Assembly: GCA_947085095.1 (NCBI GenBank) | Contig: CAMTVD010000003.1 | Location: forward strand, 1 to 29,438 | From: an uncultured Thermus sp. | Lineage (GTDB): Bacteria; Deinococcota; Deinococci; Deinococcales; Thermaceae | Length of the DNA: 29,438 nucleotides | Reading direction: 5' to 3' | Part shown: positions 24,870-29,438 of the stretch, piece after piece | Position numbering within the stretch: the stretch's first letter is position 1 | How the letters are laid out: every line of letters begins with the position of its first letter | Position numbers and translations under genes: made by a program | Notes under the pieces: model-generated | The model's database searches: none | What the model was told of the DNA's origin: nothing | The model's input: only the letters and a program-made list of their open reading frames with translations

Positions 24870-25541
24870 ATGGCGAGCTTCATCCTTGGGAATGACCCCA
24901 TCGCCACCGGAGAGGTGGTGCGGCCCTACCCCGGACGGGCCCACGCCACCCTCCTCCTCGGGGTCCCTCACGGGGAGCACTCCGTAACCGAAGGGGCGCG
25001 GGCGCCCCTGCGCCTTCTACATGACGACGTGGAGCTCGTCCTCCATGGCACGCCCGTCCAGATCATGCGCACCCCGGACGGCTGGCCCCTGGTGCGCTGG
25101 GTGGCCGGGGCGGGCACCCTCCACCGCGTCCTGCGCCCCCGCTACTACCAGGGCGTGCCCGCCCGCCTGGTGGCGGAAGACGCCCTGAAGGAGGTAGGGG
25201 AGAAGCCTGGGGCGCTGGACCTGCCCAGCGTCCTCAGGGTCTGGGTCCGCCACGCCGAGAGCGCCTACCGGCTCCTCTGGCGGCTGGCGGAAAGGGAGGG
25301 GCGGGCGATCTACGTGGGCGAGGACGGAAAGGTCCACGCGGAGCGCCCCGAGTGGCCCAAGGGCCCCGAGGTGCCCGGGGCGAAAGCCCTCGGCCCCGGG
25401 GCGTACCTAGCCCCCATGGACCTCTCCCTCCGCCCGGGCGCGGAGGCCACCCTCTGGCTAGGTGGGGTGCGGGTGCCCGTCCGGGTGAGCCGAATCGTCT
25501 ATCGGCTGGAGAAGGCCACGATGGAGGTGTGGCGTGCGTGA
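24870..25541 (+). CDS. Putative baseplate hub protein
   Basis: ESAYRLLWRLAEREG resembles the gpD/gp44 hub motif. Precedes the spike gene. Confidence 0.6.
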   Translation: MASFILGNDPIATGEVVRPYPGRAHATLLLGVPHGEHSVTEGARAPLRLLHDDVELVLHGTPVQIMRTPDGWPLVRWVAGAGTLHRVLRPRYYQGVPARLVAEDALKEVGEKPGALDLPSVLRVWVRHAESAYRLLWRLAEREGRAIYVGEDGKVHAERPEWPKGPEVPGAKALGPGAYLAPMDLSLRPGAEATLWLGGVRVPVRVSRIVYRLEKATMEVWRA

Positions 25542-26028
25542 GCGAGCCGTTCGCGCTCTGAAGGCCCTCGCCTCCGAGGGCATAGACTTCCTCGCCCTCT
25601 ACCCGGCGGAGGTCCTCCTGGACCACGGGGACATGCACCTGGACCTCCGCCCGGACGACCCGCGCTTCCCTCACCTCGTCCGGGTGCCCCTGCGCGTGTT
25701 CCTCCCCGGGGCGTACGTGCGGGTCAAATCGGGTAGCCGGGTACTCCTCGGGTTTGAGGGGGGAAACCCTGAGCGCCCCGTGGCCTACCTGTGGGAGGCC
25801 GGGGGAACGGTGGTGGTAGAGATCCGCTCCGTGTCTGGCCGCCGGGTCCGGGTGGACGACGAAGCGGGAGAGATCCGGGTGGAGGACCCCGTCCGGGTCG
25901 TGGTGGACGCCCCCCAAATCCTCCTTGCCGGGGGCGGCCCCCCTGTGGCCCGGGTGGGGGACCCGGTGCAGGTGGGGGCGGCTGTGGGCCAGATAATCGG
26001 CGGCAGTTCCAAGGTCTTTTCGGGGTGA
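25534..26028 (+). CDS. Baseplate spike (gpV/gp45-like)
   Basis: GSRVLLGFEGGNPERP OB-fold motif; C-terminal VARVGDPV…GQIIGGSSKV. Confidence 0.82.
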   Translation: MRERAVRALKALASEGIDFLALYPAEVLLDHGDMHLDLRPDDPRFPHLVRVPLRVFLPGAYVRVKSGSRVLLGFEGGNPERPVAYLWEAGGTVVVEIRSVSGRRVRVDDEAGEIRVEDPVRVVVDAPQILLAGGGPPVARVGDPVQVGAAVGQIIGGSSKVFSG

Positions 26029-26031
26029 ACC

Positions 26032-26409
26032 ATGACCGACTTCGGGACCGACATCACTGAAGAGCTGACCTGGCGCCGGGTCTCCGGCCTGGAGAACCTG
26101 GCCCGGGCCATCGCCCGCCGCTACATCACCCCGAGGGGGGCGCTCTGGTACGCCCCGGGGTACGGGCTGGACCTGCGGCGCTACTTGAACGAGGCCATGA
26201 CCCCAGAGCTCCTGGAGGAGATGCGCATCCTGGTGGAGCAGGAGGCCGAGAAGGACCCCCGGGTGCGCTTCGCCGAGGCCCGCGTGGCCCCAGAACCGGA
26301 CCACCGCGTGCGGGTGGCCCTGCGCTTGGAGACGGACCAAGGGCCCTTTGACCTGGTCCTCAGCGTGGACCGGGTGAGCGTGGAGGTGCTGAATGCCTAC
26401 CCTGGATGA
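26032..26409 (+). CDS. Baseplate wedge protein (gpW/gp25-like)
   Basis: VSGLENLARAIARRYITPRGAL…YG…DPRV. Confidence 0.82.
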   Translation: MTDFGTDITEELTWRRVSGLENLARAIARRYITPRGALWYAPGYGLDLRRYLNEAMTPELLEEMRILVEQEAEKDPRVRFAEARVAPEPDHRVRVALRLETDQGPFDLVLSVDRVSVEVLNAYPG

Positions 26410-27493
26410 GCTCCTGACTCCGCCCTCGCGGGACCAGCTGCGCCAGCGCCTCATAGAGGCCCTGCGGGACATGGGTTTTCCCCTCAACGATTTCAACCCA
26501 GGTGCGGTGGGGCGGCACGTGGCCGTGGAAGCCCCGGCCCTGGGGCTGGAGGACCTGTGGCGCATGGTGGCAGCCATCGCCCGGGGGGGCTACCTCTCCA
26601 CCGCGTCCGGCCCGTGGCTGGACCTCCTGGCAGAGGAGTTCTATGCTCTTAAGCGGAAGCCCGCCGCCTTTACCTGTGGCGTGGTGCGCCTCTCCGCCCT
26701 GCCGGGGTTCGGTCCCTATGAGATCGGCCCCGGGGACCTCTGGGTGGGGACGGCGGACGGGAAGCGCTACAGCAACATCACGGGCGGCACCCTCCCCCAA
26801 GGGGGCACCCTGGACCTCATCGTCCAGGCGGAGTCCCCTGGGGCCAGCTACAACGTCCCGGACGGGGCCATCACCGTCCTCCACACCCCCCTGCCGGGAG
26901 TGAGCGTGGTGAATCCCGCGGGGTGGCTCGTGGAGGCGGGGGCGGACGAGGAGACAGACGAGAAGCTACGGGCCAGGTGCTGGGCGCGCTGGGCGGAGCT
27001 CGGGGGCGGGGCCACGAAAGCGGCCTACGAGTACTGGGCCCTCACCGCTCACCCCAGCGTGACGAAGGTGCGGATACTGGACGACCACCCCAGGGGTCAG
27101 GGGACTGTGGACGTGGTCATCTGGGGGGAGGGGGGTATCGGGAGCGAGGTGGTGGGCGTCGTGGACGCCTATGTCCAGGCCCGCAGGCCGCTCACGGCGA
27201 ACGTCCTGGTCTATGCCGCTACCCCGCGCGTGGTGGCCCTCTCAGGCGTGGTCTACGCCGTTCCCGGAGCCCTCACCCAGGCTCAGGCGGCGGTGGACCG
27301 GGAACTCGCCGCCATGCAAAGGGAGGTTCCGATCGGTGGCATCCTCTACCGCAGCCGGATCATTGAAGCTCTCTTCGCCCGTCCCCATGTGACCAATGTG
27401 GTGCTCTCCAGCCCCACCGGAGACATCGCCCTGGGGACCACAGAGGCCCTGGTGCTGGACGCTAGCGGGATCAGCTACGAGGAGGCGGCATGA
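26393..27493 (+). CDS. Baseplate J-like protein
   Basis: TASGPWLD, AESPGASYN, GADEETDEKLRAR, AYEYWA and RGQGTVDV. Confidence 0.93.
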   Translation: MPTLDELLTPPSRDQLRQRLIEALRDMGFPLNDFNPGAVGRHVAVEAPALGLEDLWRMVAAIARGGYLSTASGPWLDLLAEEFYALKRKPAAFTCGVVRLSALPGFGPYEIGPGDLWVGTADGKRYSNITGGTLPQGGTLDLIVQAESPGASYNVPDGAITVLHTPLPGVSVVNPAGWLVEAGADEETDEKLRARCWARWAELGGGATKAAYEYWALTAHPSVTKVRILDDHPRGQGTVDVVIWGEGGIGSEVVGVVDAYVQARRPLTANVLVYAATPRVVALSGVVYAVPGALTQAQAAVDRELAAMQREVPIGGILYRSRIIEALFARPHVTNVVLSSPTGDIALGTTEALVLDASGISYEEAA

Positions 27494-28224
27494 GCTACGA
27501 GGAGTGGATGGAGAAGGCCCAACCCCCCTGGCTCCAAAACGAGGCTGGGCGGCGCTGGGCCAGGGCGCTCGGGCGCGTCCTGGACGGGGCAGTGGACGGA
27601 GCACGGGACGCCGTGCTGGCCCGCTACCCCAGCTATGCCCCTGAGGACGCCCTAAACCTCGTTGGGGAGGGCCGCGCCCTCCGCCGCTTCCCCCCCGACG
27701 AGCCGGACGCCTTCTACCGGGAGCGCGTCCGGCACGCCTGGGACTGGTGGCTCCGGGCGGGGACGAAGCCCGGCATGGAGGCCGAGCTCGCCCGCCTCGG
27801 CTTCCACGCCAGGGTAATAGAGGGACCCTTTGAAACCTACTTTGACGGCGCCTGGCGCTTTGGGGACTACGAGGGCGCTTTCACGGGCCCTGCCTGGGCG
27901 GAGTTCATTTTGGAGGTCAGTCCAGCGGGGCCCTGGACCGCGCGGGAGCGGGCCTACCTGCGCCACGCGGTCCAGGAGCTCAAGCCCGCCCACGCGGTCC
28001 TGCGGGAGGTGCGCCTCCTCCTCCAGGACGGGCGCGTCCTGCGCCTCGCCGCCCTCCCGGCGGGAGAGGTCTGGGACCTCGGGCGCTTTGGGGAGTTCTA
28101 CTTCGGCGAGGTCCTGGAGGGGGCGTGGGCGGCGGGGCTCGGCGGGGCCGCGTGGCTGGACTCCCGGCGGCTGGAAGGAGGGGTGTTTGATGGGGAGTGG
28201 AGTTTCGGCGAGCGTGGTTTCTAG
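27490..28224 (+). CDS. Baseplate wedge/tail protein (P2 gpI-like)
   Basis: FYRERVRHAWDWWLRAGTKPGM, WAEF and ELKPAH. Follows gpJ. Confidence 0.82.
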   Translation: MSYEEWMEKAQPPWLQNEAGRRWARALGRVLDGAVDGARDAVLARYPSYAPEDALNLVGEGRALRRFPPDEPDAFYRERVRHAWDWWLRAGTKPGMEAELARLGFHARVIEGPFETYFDGAWRFGDYEGAFTGPAWAEFILEVSPAGPWTARERAYLRHAVQELKPAHAVLREVRLLLQDGRVLRLAALPAGEVWDLGRFGEFYFGEVLEGAWAAGLGGAAWLDSRRLEGGVFDGEWSFGERGF

Positions 28225-28453
28225 GCGCACATGGGGCCCCGTGCCCAGGGGGAGCTTCCTCCTCAGGCGGACGGAGGAGGAGTGGGCCCGGGCGAGGACG
28301 GAGGCCGTGGAGCGGAGGGTCTACGGCCCTCCCCTGGACGGCTGGCCCTTTGCGGGCGGGGAGCCCTCTATGGCCTCCCTCGGGCTCGGCCTCGCCTGGG
28401 CGGCGGAGGAGCGCAGGGTGCAGGGCCCGCCCTTCGGGGAGGTGGAGTTCTAG
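28190..28453 (+). CDS. Hypothetical protein, or out-of-frame continuation of the gpI-like gene
   Basis: AAGGAGG 8 nt before ATG 28190. Fills the gap and stops immediately before ATG 28454. Confidence 0.45.
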   Translation: MGSGVSASVVSRRTWGPVPRGSFLLRRTEEEWARARTEAVERRVYGPPLDGWPFAGGEPSMASLGLGLAWAAEERRVQGPPFGEVEF

Positions 28454-28795
28454 ATGGCGTTCACGCAAGCGGCGAAGCGGCTCATGCTCCAGGCCCTCAT
28501 GGACGCGGTGGTGGAGGCGGGGTGGGGGACTTCTGGCGCGGCTACGGCCGGTAGCCTCACCAACCCCGTCTACACCAGCCTCGTGGACAAGCGTTTGGAG
28601 GGGGACAGCGCGGTCTTTGAGTACGCCCTGGCCTGGGAGGGCCTAGGGGTGCGCACCCTGCGGGAGATCGCCCTCTTCACAAGGGATGAGAACGGAAACC
28701 GGGTCATGCTCTACCGCCGCACCCGGGACCCGGTGGACCTGGAGGTGGGGATGACGGTCATAGATCGGCTCACGGTGCGGCTGGAGGAGGTGTAG
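28454..28795 (+). CDS. Tail fibre attachment-type protein
   Basis: GGAGG RBS. TLREIALF motif resembles tail-fibre N-terminal/collar domains. Confidence 0.6.
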   Translation: MAFTQAAKRLMLQALMDAVVEAGWGTSGAATAGSLTNPVYTSLVDKRLEGDSAVFEYALAWEGLGVRTLREIALFTRDENGNRVMLYRRTRDPVDLEVGMTVIDRLTVRLEEV

Positions 28796-28796
28796 C

Positions 28797-29438
28797 GTGC
28801 CCACGATTGAGGAGCTTTTGGACTTTTTAGCAAGTCGGGGTATCCCGGACGAATGGCAGCCCGCGGAGACCATAGAGTCGGGCGGGGGGACGATCCCCAA
28901 GACCTCTTCTAAGGGGCTCGTCCGCAGCTCCACCAACGAGATCATTGAGGTCGGGGCCTTCGCCCGCATCATGGCCCTGTACGCCATGCGGGACCGGGCG
29001 GTCATGCGGGCGGCGGCGGTGCTGGGCTCCCTCGCCCTGGACCAGGCCGCCCTGGCCCACAAGGCCCTCGCCGACCTGCGCCAGCGGGCCTTCCAGGCGG
29101 GCCGGGTCTACATCCCCCGCAAGTACGTGGTGAGCGGGCTGCAGGTTAGCCAAGGCAACGGGCGCTCCCTCTCCATCGCCGCCGGGGTGGCGGTGCAGGG
29201 GGGGATACGGATGCGCTACGCGGAGCGGCCCAACGCCATCGCCGTGCCGGGCAACCCGGGGACGAGCGCGAAGACCTACGTCCTCTCCCTCGCCAACGAC
29301 GGCGCTCCCTACCTGGTGGAGGGCACCTCGCCCCCCGAGGGGGGTTTGGCCCTGGCCCGGGTCCATGTGCCCGCCGGGGACACCGGCCCCAGCTTCGCGG
29401 GCACCATTACGGACGTCCGCCTCATCGCCACCCCGTCC
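28797..29438 (+). CDS. Probable tail fibre protein, 5' part (runs off the window)
   Basis: GGAGGAGG RBS and GTG 28797. Open to the edge: MPTIEELLDF…VVSGLQVS…LSIAAGVAV…LALARVHVPAG…ITDVR. Confidence 0.65.
   Translation, partial: MPTIEELLDFLASRGIPDEWQPAETIESGGGTIPKTSSKGLVRSSTNEIIEVGAFARIMALYAMRDRAVMRAAAVLGSLALDQAALAHKALADLRQRAFQAGRVYIPRKYVVSGLQVSQGNGRSLSIAAGVAVQGGIRMRYAERPNAIAVPGNPGTSAKTYVLSLANDGAPYLVEGTSPPEGGLALARVHVPAGDTGPSFAGTITDVRLIATPS

Overview
The window holds most of the genome of a high-GC temperate myovirus with a Mu/P2-like contractile tail. Codon usage, promoter style and near-leaderless starts suggest a Thermus/Deinococcus-Thermus host (inference). Left to right it contains: an att site built on the 3' half of tRNA-Ala(CGC); a leftward lysogeny operon (tyrosine integrase, membrane protein, S24/CI repressor); a divergent switch with Cro and Xis; an early replication module (SSB-like, primase-C-terminal-like protein, iteron-containing Rep protein, UvrD-type helicase, DUF4326, RusA); terminase; Mu-like head genes; and tail/baseplate genes running off the right edge. 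Three non-coding signals stand out. (1) The MuF head protein ends in a PBECR2-like RNase domain but has no immunity ORF. Instead a ~83-nt structured RNA with its own near-consensus promoter and terminator converges on it, a candidate RNA antitoxin. (2) A 357-bp non-autonomous IS200/IS605 element keeps its ends, a promoter and an omegaRNA-like structure, and its predicted guide matches the element-free allele of this phage's rusA. (3) The att core has integrase arm-type repeats on both sides, which is attP-like. Product calls come from motif recognition by eye and gene order; no database searches were run.
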